From assembly GCA_963796055.1 (NCBI GenBank), contig CAWCKH010000001.1, positions 64,001 to 128,000 on the forward strand: a DNA stretch of 64,000 nucleotides, given 5' to 3'. How positions within the stretch are numbered: position 1 is the stretch's first letter; the number at the start of each line of letters is the position of its first letter. Below, piece after piece: positions 9,709 to 18,631 of the stretch. Made by a program: the position numbers and the translations under genes. The stretch is from an uncultured delta proteobacterium. Its GTDB lineage: Bacteria; Myxococcota; Myxococcia; Myxococcales; Myxococcaceae. The notes below the pieces were generated by a model that ran no database searches, was not told the DNA's origin, and was given only the letters and a program-made list of their open reading frames with translations.

Positions 9709-10866
9709 TCAGGGGCCAGGGCCCTCGCCGGCTCCGGCGTCGGGCGTGCCCGGCTCCAGGGCCCGGGCGAGCGCCCGGCGCGCGCGGAGGTAGCTGTCGA
9801 GCGTGGCGTTGCCCCGGTGCACCTCCTCCCGGAGCGCGTCCACCTCCGCGCGACGCGCGTGCACCCAGTCCGGCTCACCGGTCCTGGGTGGGGGCAACCT
9901 GACCCGAACCTCGGCCACATCCAGCGCGAGCCCTCGGCGGTCGGCGAGCCCCCAGGCCACCAGAGACACCGAGGCGGCCACGGCCCACGGCGCGACCGCC
10001 CGGAAGAACGGGACGCGGAGCCGCGCCACCTCGGTCTCCCGAGCCTGACCCCACGCGCCCGGGACGCGCCGGGCTACCGCGAGGACGACGCCCAGCGCCA
10101 GCCACCCCAGGACGCTCGCCATCAGCACCGCCGGAAGCTGCGCCGAGGTGTCGACCGGCGCCGGCTCCTGCCCCTTGCTCGAGGCGTAGAGCAGGGTGGC
10201 GGTGAGGTTGCTTCCGAGGTGGGCCACCATGCCGGGGAGGACGCTCCGGGTCCGGGCGTAGAGCAGGCCGAACACCACGCCCAGCTCGAACAGCGCCGGC
10301 AACCCGATGAGGTTGACGTGGCAGAGGCTGAAGATGACCGCGGAGGCCACCACCGCCGGCACCACCGCAACCCCCCGGCGGAGGAGCCCCTGGAGCAGCA
10401 GGCCGCGGAAGATGACCTCTTCCCCGATGGGCGCCGCCGCCACCGCGCCGGTCATGGCCAGGAACAGCTCCAGCCCCGCCTGGCGCTCGAAGACCTGCGT
10501 CTGGTCGAACATCTCCACCCAGGACCGGGGCGCCACGAGCTGCACCCCGAACTGCACGGGGATGACCACCGCGAAGTAGTTGGCCACCGCCACCAGCAGC
10601 GCGAACACCAGCGGCCGGGCCGCCGGCCAGCTCAGGCCGAGGTACGCCGCCGGGGCGCGGCCGCTCCAGCGGGTCAGCGCCCAGCCGAAGCCGAAGAAGA
10701 GGAAGATCTCGGTGAACCAGATGCCCGCGCCGGCGCTGACCATCTGCAACGGGACGCCGAGGAGGAAGAAGAGCGCAAGCGCGCCGACCAGCGCCAGCCA
10801 GCCGAGGCGATCGGCGGGGACGGGCGGCTCGGGTGCGTCGGTCGGGGGAAGGGTGGGTTCGGGCAC
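9709..10866 (-). CDS. CPBP (CAAX/Abi) family intramembrane glutamic endopeptidase
   Basis: EEVIFRG, FSLCH and HLGSN motifs; many TM segments; start uncertain (GTG 10866). Confidence 0.85.
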   Translation of the reverse strand: MPEPTLPPTDAPEPPVPADRLGWLALVGALALFFLLGVPLQMVSAGAGIWFTEIFLFFGFGWALTRWSGRAPAAYLGLSWPAARPLVFALLVAVANYFAVVIPVQFGVQLVAPRSWVEMFDQTQVFERQAGLELFLAMTGAVAAAPIGEEVIFRGLLLQGLLRRGVAVVPAVVASAVIFSLCHVNLIGLPALFELGVVFGLLYARTRSVLPGMVAHLGSNLTATLLYASSKGQEPAPVDTSAQLPAVLMASVLGWLALGVVLAVARRVPGAWGQARETEVARLRVPFFRAVAPWAVAASVSLVAWGLADRRGLALDVAEVRVRLPPPRTGEPDWVHARRAEVDALREEVHRGNATLDSYLRARRALARALEPGTPDAGAGEGPGP

Positions 10867-10928
10867 GGGACGGACGGGGGGCGCACCTTGCCAGCCCTCC
10901 GCGGGCTGTGAAAGCGTCGACACCAGGC

Positions 10929-11414
10929 ATGCGTCGTTTGTTTCTCCTGCTCTCGCTCCTGCTCGGCGCCGCGTGCCAGCGCTCGTATAGCCCGCGGCCA
11001 CTTCCTGACTCGTTCAGCGCCCGCGGCCTCGATGGGGCGAGCGTCACGCCGGCGACGATGCGCGGCCGTCCGTGGCTGGTGAACCTCTGGATGCCTGGCT
11101 GAGGCGTCTGTGCTCGGGAGTTGCCCGAGCTGGAGAAGCTGGCCAGGCAGTACGAGGGCCGGGTGGGCTTCATCGCGGTGTCGATCGCCCCGGACCGCAA
11201 CCGGATCCGGACGGCGGCGGCACGGATGGGGCTGCGGTCGATGCCGGTCGCCGCGGCGGAGAGCGAGATGCTTGCCCCGCTGGAGCTGGAGACGGTCCCG
11301 GCGACCTTCCTCGTCTCCGCCGACGGAATGATGGTGGAGCGCTACCAGGGCGTGGTCTCGAGCTCGACCCTGGCTCACAAGCTCGAGGGCCTGCTCAGCA
11401 CCGCCCGGCGCTAG
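10929..11414 (+). CDS. TlpA/ResA-like thioredoxin-fold lipoprotein, probable selenoprotein (UxxC, TGA 11100-11102)
   Basis: ORFs 10833..11102 and 11121..11414 are in the same frame; read-through gives LVNLWMPG-U-GVCARELPELEKL...FIAVSI...VPATFLV; signal MRRLFLLLSLLLGAAC; downstream hairpin. Confidence 0.8.
11112..11130 (+). promoter_or_regulatory. Putative bacterial SECIS element
   Basis: Perfect 7-bp stem GCTCGGG/CCCGAGC with loop AGTTG (G at loop position 2, followed by U); loop begins 16 nt after the in-frame TGA. Confidence 0.7.
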
Positions 11415-11433
11415 CCGCCAAGGCCGAGAGGGT

Positions 11434-13980
11434 TCAGCGCCCGAGGAAAGAGTGAAGCTCGGCCCGGAATGCCTCGCGCTGCTCGGAACGCTCCGCCGCG
11501 GGGCCGAGCACCAGCTTGCGGTCGCGCTCGACCACCATCTCCTGGTCCAGCAGCCAGGCCAGCGCGTTCTCCAGGGTGGTGCGGCTGAGCGCCTCGGGGG
11601 CGTCGATGCGCCCCTGGAGGAATTCCATGCGCCCCGTCTCCAGCCCCGCGCGGACGAAGGACTTGCGGTCCATGGGCCCGGAGACCAGGTCCTCGAGCGT
11701 CAGGCCAGCGAGCAGGTACGACTGGAGGTAGTCGCGGAGGATGTCCGCCAGGAACTTGAGCTCCGTCCGGGCGCGGGCATCGCGCGGGACAAAGGCCCCC
11801 TGGCGAGAGGCCAGTAATTCCGCTCCCACCAGCCGCTCCACCGTCTCGGAGAAGATGATCTCGAACGGCGTGCCCACCCGGTAGATGAACTCCAGCTTGA
11901 ACAGCCGGGAGAGGAACAGCGCCTTGGTGCGGACCGACTCCTCGGAGCTATCGAGCACGCCCCGGAGCACCGCGCAGGCCACCAGCGAGCGGGGCGCCAC
12001 CAGATTCAGGATCGTGTTCTTGTAGTAGGCGAGCTGCACCCGCCGATCGTCGACCGGGAGATAGACGGTCTCGCCCTTGGCCTGCTCGGTGCGGACCAGC
12101 TTGTCCTCGATGAAGCCGAGCACCGCCTCGCGCACCGGGCCGGCCACGGTCGGGTCCGTCGGCGCCTCGCCCAGCCCGGTGGAGAGCGCCGCGCCGTCCT
12201 CGAGCAGCATCCGGCGGAGTGCCTCCACCCGGGTGGCGAGGACCGAGGCCGGAAGCCCCCGGCCCGGGTGGGCGAGGAGCGCGGTGCTCAGCAGCGCGGG
12301 CGGCGTCACCGTGGACACCCGGGCAATGCCCCACATGATGCGGTGCCCGAGCGCACGGACCAGGCTGCGCTTCTCCTCCTCGGTGAGGGCGGACGGGTCG
12401 GTGAGTCCACGGGCTCGCATGAACTCCCGGAGCAGCACCGGCTCGTCGAAGCGCAGGTGGATGGTGCCGTAGCGGCGCAGCAAGACTTTTGGCGCGCGGA
12501 TGAGCGCGCCCACGTCCTCGGGCTTCTTCTCGCCCCCCAAAAGCTCCCTGGAGTAGCTGCTGCCCTCGACAATCTTCTCGTAGTCGATGGCCACCGGCAC
12601 GAAGGCCAGGTCGTTCCGGGCGCCCTCCAGCACCGCGTCCACCTCCCAGCCGAGCAGCCCGAGCTTTGCCGGGAGCAGCTTGCCGGTCCGCGAGCGGCCG
12701 CCCTCGGGGAAGAATTCTTGAAGCACGCCGTCCCGCACCAGCTTCTTCACGTAGGCCTTGAAGGTCGCGGTGTAGAGCCGGTCGGTGCCGAAGCTCCGGC
12801 GGAGGAAGAATGCCCCCGCCCGGCGGAGCAGCGGCCCGAGCGGGAAGAAGGAGAGGTTGGCCCCCGCGGCGACCACCGGCATCTGGTAGCCGCGCTTCCA
12901 CAGCACCCAGGACATCACCAGGTAGTCGATGTGGCTCTTGTGGCTGGGGCAGATCACGATCGGCGCTCCGGCCCGCGCCACCCGGAGCGCCCGATCGAGG
13001 CCCGCCTCGTCCACGGCGATGCCGTCGTAGATGCGATCGAAGATCCAGCTCAGGATCGGGGCGAGCAGGCCGACCACCGTGGGGTGCAGCCGCGCCGCGA
13101 TGCCGTTGAGGTGGCGGCGGGCCTCGCGCTCCAGCAAGCCCGGGTCCTTGCCGCCGCGGGCGGCGGTCTGCTCGATGGTCTGACGCAGGGTGCGGTCGCG
13201 CAGCGTCTCCTCGATGACCCGCTCCGGCGGCTTGTAGGGCGGACCGAACACCGCCCGGGTCTCGCGGGCGAGGTGGACGTGGAGCACCGCGCGCACCTTG
13301 CGGGCCACGACGGCATCGGAGTCGCCGGGGCTCTCGGCGGCGAAGGCCCGGAGGTCGATGGGGGTGCCGACGCGGAACTGGGCCCGCTTGTGGTTCCGCC
13401 AGAAGGCGAGCACCGAGTGGAGGAAGCCGGGCGCCTCCGGCGTGCCGAACACGTAGTCCGCCCAGGCGGGCTTGAGCCGGGTGCTCCACTTCTCCCAGAC
13501 CACCAGCTCGGGGACCAGGTACACCGGCCGGTCCATCTTCCGGGCCATCGCCACCAGGGCAGGGAAGGGGTCCTCGCGGCCGCTCCGCCCGCCCGGGCGC
13601 ATCACCGCCGTCTGCTGGAGGAAGACCAGGGCCGAGCCGCCGTGCCTCCGCGCGTACTCGAACCGCACGTCGAGCGCGCCGCGCTGGGCCACCCGGCGCC
13701 AGGGCCGGCCGAACCATCGGCGCATGTTCACCACGGCGCGCAGCGGCGGGAGCGCACGGTTCACCAGCAGCCAGGCGAGGTACAGGAAGCTGACCCAGGC
13801 GGCGGTCCGCTGCACGTGCACCACGAACCCGCGGTCGCTCAGCCGCCGCAGCTCCACCTCCGCCGCGGGACCCACCCGGACATGCGGACAGTAGCGGCGC
13901 CCCAGCGCGCGGCCAATCGGGCCGAACTCGTGCCGGAGCGCGGCCTCGCTGTCGTCGACCTTCACCAGCGCGGTGGCCAT
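11434..13980 (-). CDS. plsB: Glycerol-3-phosphate acyltransferase PlsB-like
   Basis: HKSHID (HxxxxD), GAFFLRRSF, FPEGGRSRTGK, VPVAIDYEK. Confidence 0.8.
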   Translation of the reverse strand: MATALVKVDDSEAALRHEFGPIGRALGRRYCPHVRVGPAAEVELRRLSDRGFVVHVQRTAAWVSFLYLAWLLVNRALPPLRAVVNMRRWFGRPWRRVAQRGALDVRFEYARRHGGSALVFLQQTAVMRPGGRSGREDPFPALVAMARKMDRPVYLVPELVVWEKWSTRLKPAWADYVFGTPEAPGFLHSVLAFWRNHKRAQFRVGTPIDLRAFAAESPGDSDAVVARKVRAVLHVHLARETRAVFGPPYKPPERVIEETLRDRTLRQTIEQTAARGGKDPGLLEREARRHLNGIAARLHPTVVGLLAPILSWIFDRIYDGIAVDEAGLDRALRVARAGAPIVICPSHKSHIDYLVMSWVLWKRGYQMPVVAAGANLSFFPLGPLLRRAGAFFLRRSFGTDRLYTATFKAYVKKLVRDGVLQEFFPEGGRSRTGKLLPAKLGLLGWEVDAVLEGARNDLAFVPVAIDYEKIVEGSSYSRELLGGEKKPEDVGALIRAPKVLLRRYGTIHLRFDEPVLLREFMRARGLTDPSALTEEEKRSLVRALGHRIMWGIARVSTVTPPALLSTALLAHPGRGLPASVLATRVEALRRMLLEDGAALSTGLGEAPTDPTVAGPVREAVLGFIEDKLVRTEQAKGETVYLPVDDRRVQLAYYKNTILNLVAPRSLVACAVLRGVLDSSEESVRTKALFLSRLFKLEFIYRVGTPFEIIFSETVERLVGAELLASRQGAFVPRDARARTELKFLADILRDYLQSYLLAGLTLEDLVSGPMDRKSFVRAGLETGRMEFLQGRIDAPEALSRTTLENALAWLLDQEMVVERDRKLVLGPAAERSEQREAFRAELHSFLGR

Positions 13981-13997
13981 GGCGCTTGCTGCGAGTC

Positions 13998-15716
13998 TTA
14001 CATGCTCTCGGGCGCGGCGATGCCCAGAAGCTGCAGGCCCGTGGCGAGCACGATGCGCACCGCGTCAGCCAGGGCGAGCCGGGCGGCGCGCAGCGCCTCG
14101 TTCGACTCGTGCACCACCCGCTTGTCGCGGTCCTGGTTGCCGAGGGTGTACCAGCGGCTGAACTCGACGGCGACGTCGATGAGGTGCCGGCCGACGAAGG
14201 AGGGCTCGTCCTGCTCCACCGCGGCGCGGACCTGGACCGGGAAGCGGGCCAGCGTCCGGGCGAGCTGCTGCTCCTCGGGAAGGGTCAGCAGCCTCGCTTC
14301 GGCCCGGGCCGGGGCGCCGCCGCCGCGCTTGAGGAGGTTGCAGGCGCGGGCGTGCGCGTACTGCAAATAGGGACCGGTGTGCCCGTCGAACTCGAGCACC
14401 TCGTCCCAGTCGAAGGTGTAGTCGGTGTTCCGGCGGTTCTTGAGGTCTCCGAAGATGACCGCCCCCACGCCCACCTGCTCGGCCAGCCGCTCCGGCTCCT
14501 CGGTGTGGATCCGGCCCGAGGCGGCGCTCTCCTGGACCTTCTCCAGTGCCCTGTCCCGCGCCTCGTCCAGCACCTCCTGGAGGAGCACCAGCTTCCCCGC
14601 CCGGGTGGACATCCCCATGATGCGCCCGAACGAGACGTGGACGCAGCGGTCCGCCCACGGCTTTCCCATCGCCTTCAGCACCCGGAACACCTGGGCGAAA
14701 TGGAGCGCCTGATCGCGGGCCACGACGTAGAGCGAGCGGTCGAAGTGGAAGCGCTCCCAGCGGTCCTCCGCGGCGGCCAGGTCGCGGGTGGCGTAGAGCG
14801 TGCTTCCATCCCCCTTCTTGAGCAGCACCGGCGGCTCGCCCTCGGCGTAGGGCAGATCGACGATCAGCGCCCCCTCGCTCTGCTTGACCCCCACGGTGCG
14901 GGAGATCTCCTCGATGACCTGGTCCATCCGGTCCTCGTAGAGGCTCTCGCCGTCGATGTGCTCGAAGCGGATCCCCAGCCGCTCGTAGATGGGGAGGAAG
15001 CCCCGGAGCGAGGTCTCGCGGAGCTCCTTCCACAGGGCCCGGGCCTGTGGGTCGCCCTCCTCCATCCTCCGGAAGAACGCGCGGGCCTCGGCGTCGAAGG
15101 CCGGGTCCTGCTCGGCGCGGGCGTTGGCCTTCACGTAGACGTCCACCAGGTGGCCCATCTCACCCCGCCGGGCCGGGTCTCCGTACTCCCGCAGCCCCAC
15201 GGCGACCAGGCCGAACTGCTTTCCCCAGTCCCCCAGGTAGTTGATGCCTTCCACCCGCCAGCCCTGGCTCCGGTAGAGGTTGGCGATGGCGTGCCCGATG
15301 AGGGTGGTGCGCAGGTGGTGGAAGCCGATCGGCTTGGCGATGTTCGGCGACGAGTAGTCGATGACCACGGTCTTGCCCCGGCCGGCGTCGGTCGAGCCAT
15401 AGCCGACGCCCGCGCCCCGGGCCTCGGCCAGCACTCCATCCATGAACGCTGCGGGCTCGAAGCGGGCGTTGACGTACGGGCCGGCGGCGGAGATCTGCAG
15501 CCCGGGGACGGAGAGGCGCCCGGCCAGGTCGGCGGCGATCTTCGGGGGAGCGGTCCGCAGCTGCTTGGCGAGCGGGAAGGTGGGGAAGGTGAGGTCGGCG
15601 TGCTCGGGGTCGGCCGGCTTCACCTGGGCGCGGACGGCCTCCGGCGGCTGCTGGAGGGCAGCGGCGAGCGCGGAGGTGAAGGCGTCGAGGAGTCGGTCGT
15701 GGAGGAACTGGGTCAT
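13998..15716 (-). CDS. argS: Arginine--tRNA ligase
   Basis: IDYSSPNIAKP, NYLGDWGKQFG, GMSTRAG, GHTGPYLQYAHAR, C-terminal LGIAAPESM. Confidence 0.95.
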   Translation of the reverse strand: MTQFLHDRLLDAFTSALAAALQQPPEAVRAQVKPADPEHADLTFPTFPLAKQLRTAPPKIAADLAGRLSVPGLQISAAGPYVNARFEPAAFMDGVLAEARGAGVGYGSTDAGRGKTVVIDYSSPNIAKPIGFHHLRTTLIGHAIANLYRSQGWRVEGINYLGDWGKQFGLVAVGLREYGDPARRGEMGHLVDVYVKANARAEQDPAFDAEARAFFRRMEEGDPQARALWKELRETSLRGFLPIYERLGIRFEHIDGESLYEDRMDQVIEEISRTVGVKQSEGALIVDLPYAEGEPPVLLKKGDGSTLYATRDLAAAEDRWERFHFDRSLYVVARDQALHFAQVFRVLKAMGKPWADRCVHVSFGRIMGMSTRAGKLVLLQEVLDEARDRALEKVQESAASGRIHTEEPERLAEQVGVGAVIFGDLKNRRNTDYTFDWDEVLEFDGHTGPYLQYAHARACNLLKRGGGAPARAEARLLTLPEEQQLARTLARFPVQVRAAVEQDEPSFVGRHLIDVAVEFSRWYTLGNQDRDKRVVHESNEALRAARLALADAVRIVLATGLQLLGIAAPESM

Positions 15717-17383
15717 CGGACGGAGCGCACGGGTCGCACCACCGAGGCCACGGTGTCCAGCAACTTCGGCAGGTGCAGCGGCTTCTCGAAGAAGCCGTCG
15801 ATGCGGTCCAGCCCGGTCCCGGTGCTCAGCGAGGCCACCTCGGAGGCGCCGGAGATGATGTAGACCGGCGTCTCGGCCATCTCCGGCTGTCCCCGCAGGT
15901 GCCGGAGCACGCTCCGGCCGTCCTCCTCCGACAGGCGCAGGTCGAGCAGCACCATCGCCGGGCGCAGGCCCTCGAGCAGCACCCGCGCCTCCTCGGCGCC
16001 CGCGGCCGAGGCCACGCTGTAGCCTTCCTGCTCCAGCAATTCGGAGAGGACCTCGCGGCAGTCCCGGTCATCCTCCACCAGGAGGATGTGCCCGGCCTGC
16101 GGGGCGAGCGCGTCGTCGCCGCTGGCCACGCCCACCTGGGCGGCGAAGGCGGGCAGCACCACCCGGCGGAGGCTTCCGGCGCCGGGCGCGCTCGTGGCCT
16201 CGACCCGGCCCCCGTGCAGCTGGACGATCTTCGCGGTGATGGGCAGCCCCAGCCCCACGCTGCTTCCCGCTCCGGTGCCGCTCCGGTGGAAGGCGTCGAA
16301 GAGGCCCTCCAGGTCCTCGGGCGGCAGCCCCATCCCGTCGTCGCGCACCGTGAGCAGCGCCAGGCCCGGCTCGGAGCCCACCTCGACCTGCACCTCGCCG
16401 TCCGGGCTGCAGAGGAACAGCGCGTGCTCGACCAGGTTGTGAACGGCCTCGAACAGCCGCTCACGGTCGCCCTTCACGAACACCTCCGGGGCGGCAAGCA
16501 GGGTGAGCCGCACCCGCGACAGCTCGCCCGAGGAGGCGAGCGCGGACATCACGTCGCTCACCAGCGCCCGGAGCCCGAAGGGCCGGCTGGTCAGCTGCAT
16601 CCTCCCGGTCTGAAGCCGGGAGAGGAGCAGCAGATCGTTCAACATCCGCAGCAGGCGGTCCGCGTTCCGCTCGGCGACGTGCACCGCGTGGAGCTGCCGC
16701 TCGGGGAGCTCGCCGAGCCGCCCCTGCCCGAGCATGGCCAGGTAGGCCTTCACCGTGGTGAGCGGAGTCTTGAGGTCGTGCGAGACGTTGGAGAGGAGCT
16801 CCTCGCGGTTCTTCTCCATGGACTTCAGACCGGCCAGGGCGGTCTGGAGATCCTTCTCCCGCCGGGCGGTGTCCTCTCGCAGCCGGGCGTACTCCCAGGC
16901 GGCGGCGGCCTGGGCGGCCAGCGCCCGGAGCAGCGCGTCGGGGGCGTCCACCCGGGGAGCGATGAGCACCAGCACGCCGAGCGGCCCGCCCGCGCCCTGC
17001 AACGGGACCGCAACCAGGTCCTTCTCGCGGACGAGCGTGTTCTCGGCGAACGCCTCGCCCACCGGGCCTTCCTTGGGCCGGACGGCGGTGATGCGCGGCT
17101 CGTTGCGGCCCTTCACCGCAGCGATCTCCAGTCGGTCCCGCAGGTGGATGTACTCGGCGAGGAAGGCGCTCCGGGCCCCGAGGAGGGAGGTGATGAGCCC
17201 CAGCTGGAGCTTCTGCGCCTCGACCAGGGTGGGGGCCCGGTGGACGGCGTCGGCCATCTCCTTGAGGGTCTCGGCGGCGGCGTTTGGCCCGGGCGGCCGC
17301 TGCGACGCGGGGCCGAGGTGGGGAAACAGCTCCACCAGCGCCTTCGAGCGCCGCCGCGTCGGGGTCTTGGTCGAGCGCGTCAT
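15713..17383 (-). CDS. Hybrid sensor histidine kinase (GAF-HisKA-HATPase-REC)
   Basis: VSHDLKTPL H-box, DDGMG, GLGL; receiver ILLVEDD...LLDL...FFEKP. Confidence 0.9.
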   Translation of the reverse strand: MTRSTKTPTRRRSKALVELFPHLGPASQRPPGPNAAAETLKEMADAVHRAPTLVEAQKLQLGLITSLLGARSAFLAEYIHLRDRLEIAAVKGRNEPRITAVRPKEGPVGEAFAENTLVREKDLVAVPLQGAGGPLGVLVLIAPRVDAPDALLRALAAQAAAAWEYARLREDTARREKDLQTALAGLKSMEKNREELLSNVSHDLKTPLTTVKAYLAMLGQGRLGELPERQLHAVHVAERNADRLLRMLNDLLLLSRLQTGRMQLTSRPFGLRALVSDVMSALASSGELSRVRLTLLAAPEVFVKGDRERLFEAVHNLVEHALFLCSPDGEVQVEVGSEPGLALLTVRDDGMGLPPEDLEGLFDAFHRSGTGAGSSVGLGLPITAKIVQLHGGRVEATSAPGAGSLRRVVLPAFAAQVGVASGDDALAPQAGHILLVEDDRDCREVLSELLEQEGYSVASAAGAEEARVLLEGLRPAMVLLDLRLSEEDGRSVLRHLRGQPEMAETPVYIISGASEVASLSTGTGLDRIDGFFEKPLHLPKLLDTVASVVRPVRSVR

Positions 17384-17400
17384 CCTGGGAGCCCCGCTGC

Positions 17401-18153
17401 TTACTCCGCCTGCCCGGCGGCCGGGGCTCCCCGTCGCTTCAGGACTCCCGCTTTGTCGACAAAGAACGGTTCGGGAAGGAGCGACTCCACCTTTTCGCGG
17501 TACCCCTGAACTCCGAAGCCGCTCCGGGCGATGGCCTCGATCGCGGCGGTCTGCACCCGGCGTGCGGTCTCGGGGCCGGTGAGGAGCTTCAGCATCGGCT
17601 CGCGGGCCTCCGGGTAGGCCCGGGGGGCGAGCGCGCGGAGGCCGGCGATCTTCACGTCGTCCGCCATGTCGTCCAGGAAGGGCAGCAGCCGCGGCGCGAG
17701 GCGTGGGTCGTCGAGCGACTCGGCCTCGTGGAGGAGGACCAGCTTCTTCTCCGGATCGCGGGTGTACACCTCGGCCACCTCGCCCAGGTGCTCCACCACC
17801 ACCGTGACGTACCGGTCGGCGGGGAGGATCTCCCGGAGGAGCCGCATCGCCCAGGAGCTGGCCTGGTCGTTCCGCCGGAGGAAGGTGCGGATCGGCTCGA
17901 CCGCCGCCTCGCCCCGGGCCCGGACCAGGCCGAAGACGTGCTCCTTCTCGTCGGTGTCGGTGGTGGCGGGCTCGACGGTGATGGTGAAGCGGGCGAGCAG
18001 CGACGTTGTGGCCTCGGGGAACTCCATCTCCCCGAGCTGCTGGATGGCCTTCTGCCGCGGCTCGGGGCCGCCGTACTTCTGGATCACCTTGGCCTTCAGC
18101 TTGGTGGCGCGCTCGGGGCTCTTGCCGCCGCCGAAGATGTCGAGGATGCCCAC
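17401..18153 (-). CDS. HEAT-repeat-like helical protein
   Basis: Repeated helical units (RQKAIQQLG, VKIAGLRAL, VQTAAIEAIA). Confidence 0.65.
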   Translation of the reverse strand: MGILDIFGGGKSPERATKLKAKVIQKYGGPEPRQKAIQQLGEMEFPEATTSLLARFTITVEPATTDTDEKEHVFGLVRARGEAAVEPIRTFLRRNDQASSWAMRLLREILPADRYVTVVVEHLGEVAEVYTRDPEKKLVLLHEAESLDDPRLAPRLLPFLDDMADDVKIAGLRALAPRAYPEAREPMLKLLTGPETARRVQTAAIEAIARSGFGVQGYREKVESLLPEPFFVDKAGVLKRRGAPAAGQAE

Positions 18154-18177
18154 GGGCGAGAAGTCTCCTTCTGGGGG

Positions 18178-18612
18178 TCAGCGACCGAGGTAGACCAGCA
18201 CCACCTCGCGGCGGTGGGCACGGGTCCGGTGCTCGTAGAGGTAGATGGCTTGCCAGGTGCCGAGGGCGAGCGCGCCCTCCACCACCGGGATGCAGAGCGA
18301 GGTCTGGGTGAGCGCCGCGCGGACGTGGCTGGGCATGTCGTCCGGGCCCTCGGCGGCGTGGTGGAAGAGCCGGTCACCGTCGGGGACGAGCCGGGCGAAG
18401 AAGCGCTCGAGGTCGGAGCGCACCTCCGGATCGGCGTTCTCCTGGACCACCAGGCTGGCCGAGGTGTGGCGGATGAAGCAGGTGACGACGCCCGTCCGGG
18501 GACCGGGAGCGGCGACCTTGAGGCGCTCGACGAAGTCGGTCACCTCGCGGGTGATGTCGTGCATCCCGCGCCCGCGGGTGGAGACGCTGAGGGTGTGCGA
18601 CTGGGGATCCAT
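18178..18612 (-). CDS. yjbQ: YjbQ/UPF0047 family protein
   Basis: HTSASLVVQENADPEV, EGPDDMPSHVR, LGTWQAIYLYEHR. Confidence 0.9.
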   Translation of the reverse strand: MDPQSHTLSVSTRGRGMHDITREVTDFVERLKVAAPGPRTGVVTCFIRHTSASLVVQENADPEVRSDLERFFARLVPDGDRLFHHAAEGPDDMPSHVRAALTQTSLCIPVVEGALALGTWQAIYLYEHRTRAHRREVVLVYLGR

Positions 18613-18631
18613 CGAACGGGCAGCCAGCATC

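Noticed and set aside
10929..11414. Pseudogene interpretation of the split TlpA gene
   Set aside because: The single stop is TGA at the exact catalytic Cys position with a SECIS-like hairpin and no other decay; disfavoured, not excluded
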